Position numbers and translations under genes: made by a program
Source: an uncultured delta proteobacterium
GTDB taxonomy: Bacteria > Desulfobacterota > Binatia > Binatales > Binataceae
Assembly: GCA_963842215.1 (NCBI GenBank)
Contig: CAWJFQ010000005.1
Span: 841 to 64,840 of the forward strand
DNA length: 64,000 nucleotides
Direction: 5' to 3'
Shown: positions 30,310-38,543 of the stretch, piece after piece
Layout: every line of letters starts with the position of its first letter
Position numbering within the stretch: position 1 is the first letter of the stretch
The notes under the pieces: generated by a model
Databases searched by the model: none
Told to the model about the DNA's origin: nothing
Seen by the model: the letters and a program-made list of their open reading frames with translations, nothing else

Positions 30310-30915
30310 CTACGCCTGCGGCTCTTCGGCGCGCTGGCGGATGAAGCGTCCGAGCAGCAGGCGCATCGATTCGATCGGCTGGATTCCGATCATTGGAAAG
30401 TCGCCGAGAATAAAGGTCGGATAGCCAAGGGCGGAAAACTCGTCGGCCTCGCGCTTGTGCTCCTCGAGGCGCGAGTTCATCGCACCGCTGTCGAGGATCG
30501 CGCGGAACCTTGCCCGATCGAGGCCGGCGCGCTCCGCGATCGCCTCCAGTACATCGGGATTTGCGATGTCGGCGCCATCGTCGAACGCCGCACGAAAGAC
30601 CGCATCGTGATATGCGGCGAAAACGCCGGCGTCACGCGCGATCTCCGAGCCTTGCAGCGCGCGGGTCGAATCGATCCAGCTTGACGGCGGCGCGACGCGG
30701 ATGCCGGTCTCCGCCGCGACGAACAGCACTTTCTGCCGCTCGCGCTCGCCCAGCACGCGGCCGGGCTTGGCGCGGAAATCGCGCATCGCGATCGGGACGC
30801 CTTTCCACAGCGCCTCGAAACCGAGTTCGTCTTCGAGCGGGCTGACGATTCGCCACGCGATGTAACAAAGGGTCGAGGCGTAATCGAAGTAGATTGGAAT
30901 TCGAACGCGTTTCAT
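30310..30915 (-). CDS. DsbA-like thioredoxin-fold protein (HCCA isomerase / FrnE-like subgroup)
   Basis: ORF 30310..30993, likely start MKRVRIPIYFDYASTLCYIAW. Single Cys in place of CxxC. C-terminal GYPTFILGD. Confidence 0.7.
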   Translation of the reverse strand: MKRVRIPIYFDYASTLCYIAWRIVSPLEDELGFEALWKGVPIAMRDFRAKPGRVLGERERQKVLFVAAETGIRVAPPSSWIDSTRALQGSEIARDAGVFAAYHDAVFRAAFDDGADIANPDVLEAIAERAGLDRARFRAILDSGAMNSRLEEHKREADEFSALGYPTFILGDFPMIGIQPIESMRLLLGRFIRQRAEEPQA

Positions 30916-31005
30916 GTTTTCCGAGGTCGATAGTCGCGCGTTCACGCATCGCCTGCAATTGGCGTGCTTGCGTGACTCGTGCGCCGCGCACATTGTTGAT
31001 TCACA

Positions 31006-31539
31006 ATGGCTTCAAATCGTCGTCCAGTCCTCAAACTAGGTGTGGTTGATTTCGGCGTCGAGCACGCGACGCTGCCCGGAGGCATGCAGGTCGACCTGCC
31101 TGTCATCCGCCATCCTGGCGCCAGTGCGATCGTCGCGCTCCACGCCGACATGAGCGTCGCGATACTGCGTCAGTATCGGCACACCATCGGCGGCTTTATG
31201 TGGGAGATTCCCGCTGGATGCCGCAATGCCGGCGAGGATTCGCTCGAATGCGCTCGGCGCGAACTCGGCGAAGAGGCAAGCGTCGCGGCTGCTCGATGGG
31301 ACCATCTTGGATCGATCATCACGATCCCAAGTTTCTGCGACGAGCGCATCGAATTGTATCTGGCGCGCGAATTGTCGGCGGGAGTGGGCACGCTGGATCG
31401 CGATGAGGTGCTGACAGTCAGCCGCGTGCCCTTCGAGGAAACGTTTGCGATGATACGCCGCGGCGAAATCGTGGACGCGAAATCAATCGTCGCGCTGTAT
31501 CGAGCGCGCGACTTTCTGGAACAGGAGCGTCGCGGCTGA
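31006..31539 (+). CDS. NUDIX hydrolase (ADP-ribose pyrophosphatase-like)
   Basis: Nudix box GCRNAGEDSLECARRELGEEASV. Confidence 0.85.
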   Translation: MASNRRPVLKLGVVDFGVEHATLPGGMQVDLPVIRHPGASAIVALHADMSVAILRQYRHTIGGFMWEIPAGCRNAGEDSLECARRELGEEASVAAARWDHLGSIITIPSFCDERIELYLARELSAGVGTLDRDEVLTVSRVPFEETFAMIRRGEIVDAKSIVALYRARDFLEQERRG

Positions 31540-31551
31540 GGAGGTACGATC

Positions 31552-32028
31552 GTGCCAATCGAAGTTCTGGGCATTGAGCATATCGATTTGACGGTCAACG
31601 ATATCGCGCGGTCGCGCGCGTACTTCGATAAGGTGCTCGGTGAACTCGGTTTCCGGAAATTCGAGGGCAGCGATTACATTCACTGGGCCAACGCGCAAAT
31701 GACAATTGCAATTCGTGACGCGTCAAGCGCGAATCGGGACGCTCGCTTCGACCGCTACCGGGTTGGACTTCATCATTTGGCGTTTCGAGCGCGCTCGCGG
31801 GCGGATGTCGACACGTTCCATCATTTCCTCGAGCGGGAAAAAATCGAGGTGCTCGATGCTCCCGCCGAGTATCCGCAGTACGGCGAAGGCTACTATGCAG
31901 TTTTCTTTAGCGATCCGGATGGGATGAAGCTCGAGCTCGTGCACTATCCGTGGGGTTATTGGCGCAAAGTGCAGACGGAAGGCCACGACCCGCGGCCGCG
32001 GTATGCAAACAAAGACTCACGCGCTTAG
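31552..32028 (+). CDS. VOC / glyoxalase-bleomycin-resistance fold protein
   Basis: GTG start after GAGGAGG. GIEHIDLTV ... GLHHLAF ... DPDGMKLEL pattern. Confidence 0.75.
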   Translation: MPIEVLGIEHIDLTVNDIARSRAYFDKVLGELGFRKFEGSDYIHWANAQMTIAIRDASSANRDARFDRYRVGLHHLAFRARSRADVDTFHHFLEREKIEVLDAPAEYPQYGEGYYAVFFSDPDGMKLELVHYPWGYWRKVQTEGHDPRPRYANKDSRA

Positions 32029-32073
32029 CGGCGCATCCATAGCGTATGAGCGGCATAGCGCACCGCGCAGTCG

Positions 32074-32280
32074 CTATTGGATTATTACTTCATCCGGAAA
32101 GAGGAATGTGGTGGCGCCGTCATCGAATTGCACCAGGTACATGCGCCGGTCCAAATTATTTACCTCACGGATGATCCGTGGCTGTTCGCTGAATCGACTG
32201 CGTCCCTCGTGGTCGCGTACGGGTCGCTGCAGCTTGCAATGCTTTCCAATAAGTACTTCAGTATTTAGACTAGCCATCAT
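32074..32280 (-). CDS. small hypothetical protein in an AT-richer pocket
   Basis: 68-aa ORF. GAGGAGG lies 8 nt upstream of the ATG (reverse complement of 32285-32296). No family recognised. Confidence 0.5.
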   Translation of the reverse strand: MMASLNTEVLIGKHCKLQRPVRDHEGRSRFSEQPRIIREVNNLDRRMYLVQFDDGATTFLFPDEVIIQ

Positions 32281-32629
32281 ATTCTTACGGCCTCCTCTTC
32301 CTCCTGGTGAGTCACGTCATCCACATCCTATCCCCATACTAGCAAGCTTCGGGCCTAATATTTAGACGTCCAGGGCAGATTTGTGTTTCAATTTGCGGAC
32401 CCGTGGAAAACCCGTCGAACCGAACGATTTTCTCGTTATTCTGAGATTTCCGGGTTTCAGCTCGGATCTCGGGTGCCTGATTTGAGCCGGGTCAATGCCG
32501 GATTACGGGCATCTTTTAGACAAATTCGCGCCGTACTACTCGGAAAAAGGCCGCAAAAAACAAATCGCGAAACCCTCCACAGTAAATCGTTCCGGTAACG
32601 TAGATTTGAACGTGGGAAAAATTACCTAT

Positions 32630-34396
32630 ATGCCGACAATCTATCCCCTCATTATGGCCCGCCGCGCGATTGTGGCGACAGAACACTACCTTTCCGCATC
32701 CGCCGGTGCGCGAATCTTCGCCTGTGGCGGAAATGCAATAGACGCTGCCGTCGCTGCAACGTTCGTCGAAGGTCTGGTCAATCCGCACATGCATACGATC
32801 GGCGGCGAAGCCCCGATGCTGATTTATTCGGCAGCTGCTCGCCGGGTGGTGGCGATCAACGGCAATATGATGGCGCCCGCCCGCGCGTCCATTGACCACT
32901 TCCGCTCGCTTGGCATCGAGCTGATTCCCGGGGCTGGGCTTCTTGCCGCAGGCGTCCCGGCCGCCTTCGACGCGCTGGTGACCGCATTGCGTGATTTCGG
33001 TACCGCCTCCTTGGCCGAGGTGCTGGAGCCCACGCTGCAACTCGCCAAGGACGGTTTTCCGATGCACGAGGGATTGTCGGGTGAGGTCGGCGCCGCCGAT
33101 ATCGCGACGGCTGGCGCGGGCGCGTCTATTCTGAGCAACGCCAAACGGTTCCTTACTAAGTGGCCGTCTTCGGGCCGCGTTTATCTACCCGATGGCAAAG
33201 TACCGGCGGCGGGAAGCGTGCTCAAGAATCCTGCGCTCGCCAATTTTTTCGAGCGGGTGCTCGATGCCGAATCGGGCGCGAAAAATCGTGGGCGCGAGGC
33301 CGGCCTGGACGCAGCGCGTGAGCGCTTCTATCGCGGCGACATCGCGCGCGAAATCGTCGCATGGTCCGACGCCAACGGTGGCCTGCTTGCCGCCTCCGAT
33401 CTCGAGCGCTTCACGACCCGAATCGAAAATCCCGTAAGCGCGGACTACCGCGGCGTCACCGTCTTCAAGTGCGGGCCGTGGTCGCAGGGGCCGGTGTTCC
33501 TGCAGCAGCTCAAGTTGCTCGAGGGCCTGGACCTGGGGGCTATGGGCCACAATTCCGCCGACTACGTCCATGCCGTCATCGAGGCCGCCAAGCTCTCGTT
33601 CGCCGATCGCGAGGCTTATTATGGCGATCCCGAATTCATTGACGTTCCGATCGCCGGCTTGCTGAGCGAGCGGTACGCGACCATTCGTCGCGAGCTGATT
33701 GATTCTCATCGTGCCTCGATGGAACAACGGCCAGGCGATCCGGTCGCGATGCGAGCGTTGCGCGACGGTCCCGCAGCCGAAGCGCGTCCCTGGGGAGGCG
33801 GCACGATTCACGTCACGGCAGCCGACCGCGCCGGCAATATGATCGCGGTCACGGCCAGCGGCGGCTGGATTCCGAGCTCACCGGTGATCGACGCGCTCGG
33901 CTTTCCGCTCGGCACGCGAATGCAATCCTTTCATCTCGACCAGCGCCATCCCAATGCGCTGATGCCGGGCAAGCGCCCGCGCACTACGTTGTCGCCGTCG
34001 CTCGCGATGGTGCAGGGGGAGCCCTACCTCGCGTTCGGCACGCCCGGCGGCGATCAGCAGGATCAGTGGACGCTGCAGTTTTTTCTGAACGTGGTGGACT
34101 TCGGCATGGACCTGCAGACGGCAATCGAGGCGCCCAAGTTTTCGACGCCGCACTTTCCCTCGACGTTCTATCCGCACGACAACCACCCCGGCGTGCTCTG
34201 CGTCGAGGATCGAGTGCCCGCCAGCGTGCGTGACGCGCTCGCTGCGCGCGGCCACAAAATTCAAGTCCGGCCGCCGTGGTCCGAAGGCCGCGTGCTCGGC
34301 GTACAAATCAACACCAAGACCGGCGTGCTGTCAGGCGGCGCCGATCCGCGCGGCCAGGCGGCGCCGGTGGTGCCAGCGCAAGTGATTGGCTGGTAA
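32630..34396 (+). CDS. ggt: gamma-glutamyltransferase family protein (no obvious signal peptide)
   Basis: ORF track starts at 32495. Conserved part begins ARRAIVATEHYLSASAGARIFACGGNAIDAAVAA. Autoprocessing/nucleophile region GGTIHVTAADRAGNM. C-terminal GGADPRG. Confidence 0.85.
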   Translation: MPTIYPLIMARRAIVATEHYLSASAGARIFACGGNAIDAAVAATFVEGLVNPHMHTIGGEAPMLIYSAAARRVVAINGNMMAPARASIDHFRSLGIELIPGAGLLAAGVPAAFDALVTALRDFGTASLAEVLEPTLQLAKDGFPMHEGLSGEVGAADIATAGAGASILSNAKRFLTKWPSSGRVYLPDGKVPAAGSVLKNPALANFFERVLDAESGAKNRGREAGLDAARERFYRGDIAREIVAWSDANGGLLAASDLERFTTRIENPVSADYRGVTVFKCGPWSQGPVFLQQLKLLEGLDLGAMGHNSADYVHAVIEAAKLSFADREAYYGDPEFIDVPIAGLLSERYATIRRELIDSHRASMEQRPGDPVAMRALRDGPAAEARPWGGGTIHVTAADRAGNMIAVTASGGWIPSSPVIDALGFPLGTRMQSFHLDQRHPNALMPGKRPRTTLSPSLAMVQGEPYLAFGTPGGDQQDQWTLQFFLNVVDFGMDLQTAIEAPKFSTPHFPSTFYPHDNHPGVLCVEDRVPASVRDALAARGHKIQVRPPWSEGRVLGVQINTKTGVLSGGADPRGQAAPVVPAQVIGW

Positions 34397-34487
34397 CGGC
34401 CGAACGAGTCTGGAAGTAGTCAAGCAACGTCGCGCGGATCGAATAGACATTCCAATGCGGCGACGTCTTGCTTATGATTTTCGCGCG

Positions 34488-35297
34488 ATGATCAAAATCG
34501 CGAAAAGGGCGACGATTGCGATTGCTCTGCTCATGCTTGCCGGGCGGGCAGGGTTTGCCGCCGATGCGAGTAGTCCCTTGAAAATCGACACTGCCAAAGT
34601 CGTTGACCTGACCTACACCTTCGACGCCTCAACAATTTACTGGCCGACCGAAAAGAGCTTCGTTCATCAGTTCGAGAAAAACGGCGATACCCCGCAGCAT
34701 TACTTTTACTCGTCGGCAAACTATGCGGCCCCTGAGCACGGCGGCACCCATACCGATGCGCCGCGCCATTTCAACCGCGACGGCATGACGCTGGACCAGC
34801 TTCCGCTCGCCGACTGCATCGGGCCCGCCGCCGTGATCGATTTTTCGGCGCGCGCCGCCACCAATCGTGACGCGATGCTTACTGTCGATGACATCAAGAC
34901 GTACGAAGCCGCCAACGGCCCGATTCCTGACGGCGCAATCGTCGTCGCGCGCTCGGGATGGGGCAAATACTATCCGGACAAAAAACGCTACATGGGCACC
35001 GACCAGCCCGGCGACGTTGCCGGCCTGCGCTTTCCCGGGTACTCGGCCGCAGCGGTGGATTTTCTTTTGAAGAACCGCAAGGTCGCGGCAATTGCGATCG
35101 ACACCGCGAGCATGGATCCCGGCAACTCCAAGGATTTCCCGGTGCATCGCCTGTGGCTAGGCGCGAACAAGCCCGGCTTCGAAAATCTGGCCAACGCGGA
35201 GAAATTGCCGGCCAAGGGCGCGACGATATTTTGTATTCCAATGAAAATCGGCGATGGGACTGGCGGCCCGACCCGGATTTTCGCCGTGCTTCCATGA
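34488..35297 (+). CDS. cyclase family protein (kynurenine/aryl formamidase-like), secreted
   Basis: ATG at 34488 gives signal peptide MIKIAKRATIAIALLMLAGRAGFAADA. Metal motif EHGGTHTDAPRHF. Confidence 0.75.
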   Translation: MIKIAKRATIAIALLMLAGRAGFAADASSPLKIDTAKVVDLTYTFDASTIYWPTEKSFVHQFEKNGDTPQHYFYSSANYAAPEHGGTHTDAPRHFNRDGMTLDQLPLADCIGPAAVIDFSARAATNRDAMLTVDDIKTYEAANGPIPDGAIVVARSGWGKYYPDKKRYMGTDQPGDVAGLRFPGYSAAAVDFLLKNRKVAAIAIDTASMDPGNSKDFPVHRLWLGANKPGFENLANAEKLPAKGATIFCIPMKIGDGTGGPTRIFAVLP

Positions 35298-35520
35298 CCT
35301 TTGATACTTGCGGCAAGCGTTGAAGATGAATATTCGTTTATGGCGAAGAATTCGGAAATCGGTAAAATTTCCAGAAGGAAAGCCGATGTTCGAAGTGGTT
35401 GATTGGGCCCGCAGAAGGTAGAAAACTAGCGTCGGTTAGAGAAACCAGCCTGCGAATATTTGTGAGAAATGCGGTCGTTTGCAGGCACGAAAACTGCTCA
35501 TAAGTTGAAGGAGGATGCTC

Positions 35521-35874
35521 GTGCGGACAAATGCGGCGTCGTTGATTAAGGGCCTGCTCGTCGCGATTGCGATCGTAGCGGTCATGGGATGTTCCGGTGA
35601 GCCTCTCTCGACCCGTGAGAAGGGCACGTTTATCGGTACCGGTGTGGGAGCCGCCACCGGCGCAATCATCGGCGCTGCGGTTGGCAATCCGTTGGCAGGC
35701 GCTGCCATCGGTGGTGGTATCGGCGCTCTGGGCGGTTACGCGGTAGGCAACGAGATGCAGAATCGCGAGAACCAACAAGCGCAAACACAGGCGCAGATTA
35801 ACTCGCAGCAACAGCAGATCCAGAGCCAGCAGCGGCAGATTCAGCAGCTTAAGGCCAACAGCGAGACCGAATAG
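35521..35874 (+). CDS. glycine-zipper lipoprotein with Gln-rich coiled-coil tail, paralog 1
   Basis: ORF from 35515. The GTG at 35521 is better spaced from GAAGGAGG. Lipobox VMGCSG, then GVGAATGAIIGAAVGNPLAGAAIGGGIGALGG glycine zipper. Tail QQQQIQSQQRQIQQLKANSETE. Confidence 0.8.
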   Translation: MRTNAASLIKGLLVAIAIVAVMGCSGEPLSTREKGTFIGTGVGAATGAIIGAAVGNPLAGAAIGGGIGALGGYAVGNEMQNRENQQAQTQAQINSQQQQIQSQQRQIQQLKANSETE

Positions 35875-35889
35875 AGGCACCGGAGAATT

Positions 35890-36237
35890 ATGCGGAAACA
35901 TGCGATTCTGACAGGAATATTCGCCGTTGCCGCAATTTTCCTGGTTGCCGGATGCTCCGGCGACCCGATGTCCACGCGGGAGGAAGGCACTTTGGGCGGC
36001 GCGGGTATTGGCGCGGCTACGGGCGCAATCATCGGCGCTGCGGTCGGTGCGCCGCTGGCGGGCGCGGCGATCGGCGCGGCAGCGGGCGGAGTCGGCGGCT
36101 TCGCGATCGGCAATGCGATGCAGAACAATCAGAACGCCAACCAACAGACACAGGAGCAAATCCAATCGCAGCAACAACAATTAGAACAACAGCGTGAGCA
36201 AATACAGCAATTGAAGGGGCAGCAGGAAACCGAATAG
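35890..36237 (+). CDS. glycine-zipper lipoprotein with Gln-rich coiled-coil tail, paralog 2
   Basis: Lipobox VAGCSG. Collinear with paralogs 1 and 3. Ends QQLKGQQETE. Confidence 0.8.
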   Translation: MRKHAILTGIFAVAAIFLVAGCSGDPMSTREEGTLGGAGIGAATGAIIGAAVGAPLAGAAIGAAAGGVGGFAIGNAMQNNQNANQQTQEQIQSQQQQLEQQREQIQQLKGQQETE

Positions 36238-36279
36238 CTCCGCTGACGTATAGTCATTTGGATGATGGAGGTTCTCAAA

Positions 36280-36627
36280 ATGCGCAAGAGTATCGGAATT
36301 ATCATGAGTTTGGCGCTGGCGGGAACGCTCGTTCTTGCAGGATGCTCGGGGCAGCCGCTCTCGACTCGTGAAGAAGGCACCCTCGGTGGCACTGCGGTAG
36401 GGGCTGGCGGCGGCGCACTGGTCGGGGCGGCCGTTGGCCATCCTCTGGCTGGTGCTCTGATCGGCGGTGTGCTTGGCGGTGGAACCGGCTACGCGGTCGG
36501 CAACTCGATGCAGAATCAGCAAAACGCCAACGCACAGACCCAGGCAGAGGTGCAGCAGCAACAGCAGGAAATCGAGAATCAGCGCGAGCAGATTCAACAG
36601 ATGAGGTCGCAGCAGGAGACTGAATAG
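36280..36627 (+). CDS. glycine-zipper lipoprotein with Gln-rich coiled-coil tail, paralog 3
   Basis: ORF from 36262. The ATG at 36280 follows GGAGG. Lipobox LAGCSG. Ends QQMRSQQETE. Confidence 0.8.
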   Translation: MRKSIGIIMSLALAGTLVLAGCSGQPLSTREEGTLGGTAVGAGGGALVGAAVGHPLAGALIGGVLGGGTGYAVGNSMQNQQNANAQTQAEVQQQQQEIENQREQIQQMRSQQETE

Positions 36628-36644
36628 TCAGACCGCACGATCCG

Positions 36645-36692
36645 AAAGAAAAAAAGAGCGGCGTCGATCCCCGGCGTCGCTCTTTTCATTTT
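36645..36692. terminator. bidirectional intrinsic terminator between convergent operons
   Basis: A-tract, then an 11-bp stem GAGCGGCGTCG / CGGCGTCGCTC (two G-U pairs, loop ATCCC; 36656-36682), then TTTTCATTTT. Lies 18 nt after the lipoprotein stop and 20 nt after the MGMT-gene stop. Confidence 0.7.
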
Positions 36693-36711
36693 CTGTCTCC
36701 TCCGCAGCTCT

Positions 36712-37515
36712 TCACTCCGGCTTGCATACCTTGCATGCCCGCAGGCCTTCGTGCCGGGCGCATTTCGAATCCGCGTAGATCAGCACCCGCGACGGGTCCG
36801 CGCGCAGCCCGGCGGAGCAGTCGGGCCGGCAGAAGATTCCGGTCCGTCGATGTCCCATCACGGCGCGCGCAGGCAGCCGCAGGTCGCGTCCGACTTCGAA
36901 TCCTTCCGCCCGCAGCAGCTTGAGCTTGTTGTCCACGCCACCGCCGTAGTTGCCGATAGTGCCGTCGGAGCGAATCACGCGATGGCATGGCACGAAGATC
37001 GGAATCGGATTTGTCGCCATCGTAGTGCCGATCGCGCGCTGGGCGTCCGGCTGTCCAACTGTGGCAGCCAGCTGATGATAGGTGATCACCGCGCCCGGCG
37101 GGACTTTTCTAAGCTGGGTGTATGCACGGCGCTTGAAGTCGCTTTCAACCAGGCTCAAATCCACCGGACGATCCATCGCGCTGAAATCGCCCTCGAACAC
37201 GCGATCGATTTCCGCCGCTATCCGGCGCGCACTCGGCTCATTCTCAATCAGATCGAACTGCTTGCGCAGCATCGCGAGCATCCGTTCCGCGCCGTCGGTC
37301 CACAGAAAGTGAATCCCCGCGACGCCGCGGTCGCTCTCCGCGACCAGCAGGCGTCCAAGTTGCGACGGAATTACGCCGACCCGCGCCTGCGGTCGCCGCA
37401 GGATCTTCATCGCGCGCTCGATGCGCGGCCGCGTCTGTCCGATCAAGGCGTCCAGCGTCCGATCGTCGACTGCGGCACTTTGGTTAAATTCGTTCGAAGT
37501 CCGATTGCTTTTCAT
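36712..37515 (-). CDS. methylated-DNA-protein-cysteine methyltransferase (MGMT/Ogt) with C-terminal Ada-type Cys4 zinc motif
   Basis: LGRLLVAESDRGVAGIHFL (MGMT N-domain), active site IFVPCHRVIRSDG, and C-terminal TGIFCRPDC...GLRACKVCKPE matching E. coli N-Ada TGIFCRPSC...GFRPCKRCQPE. Confidence 0.85.
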   Translation of the reverse strand: MKSNRTSNEFNQSAAVDDRTLDALIGQTRPRIERAMKILRRPQARVGVIPSQLGRLLVAESDRGVAGIHFLWTDGAERMLAMLRKQFDLIENEPSARRIAAEIDRVFEGDFSAMDRPVDLSLVESDFKRRAYTQLRKVPPGAVITYHQLAATVGQPDAQRAIGTTMATNPIPIFVPCHRVIRSDGTIGNYGGGVDNKLKLLRAEGFEVGRDLRLPARAVMGHRRTGIFCRPDCSAGLRADPSRVLIYADSKCARHEGLRACKVCKPE

Positions 37516-37520
37516 CTTGG

Positions 37521-38075
37521 TTACTCTTCGAGCCTGAGCTTTTTAAGTGCCTGGTAGACGCATGCGCGCGCGCTTTCGGCCGAGCAATTCAGCGCCGCGC
37601 CGATCTCCGGATATTCGAGTCCCGCGAACTTGCGCATCATCAACGCCTGACCCTGCTTGCCCGGTAGCCGCGCGATAGCTTTCTTCAAATGAAGCGCACC
37701 CTCGGGCCCGCCGTTGAGTTGATGCGACGCGTGACTATCGAGCGTGGCGTCGTCGGCGGGCTCGTTGGCTATCACGCGCCCGCGGCGCATCCTGTCGCGT
37801 GCGCGATTGCGGCAGAGATTCGAGGCGATCCGAAAGACCCACGGACGCAGCCCGTTTTCCGATTGCAGCGTGGGATAGGCCCGATAGGCGCGCAGCCAGG
37901 TCTCCTGGAACAGATCCATCGCCTCGTCGCGATCGCCGGTCGAGCGCACGAGGAAGCGCATTATCTCGCGCTCCATGCTTTTCACCGCCTCCTCGAACGG
38001 CGGCGGCAATTTGAGATTGAAGGTCGGCATCGCGTCGGTCATGCCAGGCTGGCGATCGAACTCACCAAGTACCAT
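37521..38075 (-). CDS. ECF-type RNA polymerase sigma-70 family factor
   Basis: Region 2 DLFQETWLRAYRAY...WVFRIASNLCRNRARD and region 4 LPGKQGQALMMRKFAGLEYPEIGAALNCSAESARACVYQALKKLR. Alternative start at 38042. Confidence 0.85.
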   Translation of the reverse strand: MVLGEFDRQPGMTDAMPTFNLKLPPPFEEAVKSMEREIMRFLVRSTGDRDEAMDLFQETWLRAYRAYPTLQSENGLRPWVFRIASNLCRNRARDRMRRGRVIANEPADDATLDSHASHQLNGGPEGALHLKKAIARLPGKQGQALMMRKFAGLEYPEIGAALNCSAESARACVYQALKKLRLEE

Positions 38076-38221
38076 AGCGTGATCGATCCGAAAACCACGC
38101 CGAGAATTTCCTCGAGCAGGCAGGCCTGCGCGAGCCGGACGCCGTCACCGATTTCATGTTCTGCCGTGCGATCCGCAACTTCGGTGAATCGCGCCTCATC
38201 AACTTGGATAGTCGGTATCAT
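38039..38221 (-). CDS. possible 60-aa single-pass membrane protein upstream of the ECF sigma gene
   Basis: ATG at 38221 lies 9 nt after AGGAG. C-terminal TM ILGVVFGSITLWYLVSSIASLA. Its TGA forms an ATGA overlap with the sigma Met at 38042. Third-position GC is only moderate, so this is tentative. Confidence 0.35.
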   Translation of the reverse strand: MIPTIQVDEARFTEVADRTAEHEIGDGVRLAQACLLEEILGVVFGSITLWYLVSSIASLA

Positions 38222-38295
38222 TGTTTGATGCTCCTGATACCTACAACCCCGCCCAACGCCATTCGTGAATCGAGATGAATGAGAAAGTGATGAAC

Positions 38296-38527
38296 TCTGT
38301 CCCCTCTCCCTGCAAGGAGAGCTGTGCGTAACTGCTTCGCGTCCCCTCTGTCCCCTCTCCCTGCAAGGGAGAGGAAGGGTGAGGGTCCTATTACAGCGCC
38401 CTGCGCGATTCAGGATTCTGCTCTTTGGTCTAATAGCCCCGCGGAAGTTACGCACAGCTCTCCTGCAAGGGAGAGGAAGGGTGAGGGTCCTATTACAGCG
38501 CCCTGCGCGATTCAGGATTCCGCTCTT
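38296..38527. repeat. composite palindromic/direct repeat block (REP-like)
   Basis: Perfect 58-bp direct repeat at 38361-38418 and 38463-38520. Three CCTCTCCCT-GCA-AGGGAGAGG-type hairpins. 19-bp inverted repeat 38315-38333 / 38446-38464. Confidence 0.85.
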
Positions 38528-38543
38528 GCGATCAGCAGCGCTT

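Noticed and set aside
35338-36180. 280-aa minus-strand ORF across the lipoprotein genes (also 35841..36128, 36181..36597)
   Set aside because: These are mirror images of the Gln-rich and Gly-rich coding repeats (Leu-, Cys- and Arg-rich translations). The plus-strand genes have lipoboxes and RBSs.
38361-38520. Possible mini-CRISPR (two identical 58-bp units)
   Set aside because: There are only two units with a 44-bp spacer. The units are far longer than CRISPR repeats and are embedded in a larger inverted-repeat structure. No cas genes are in the window.
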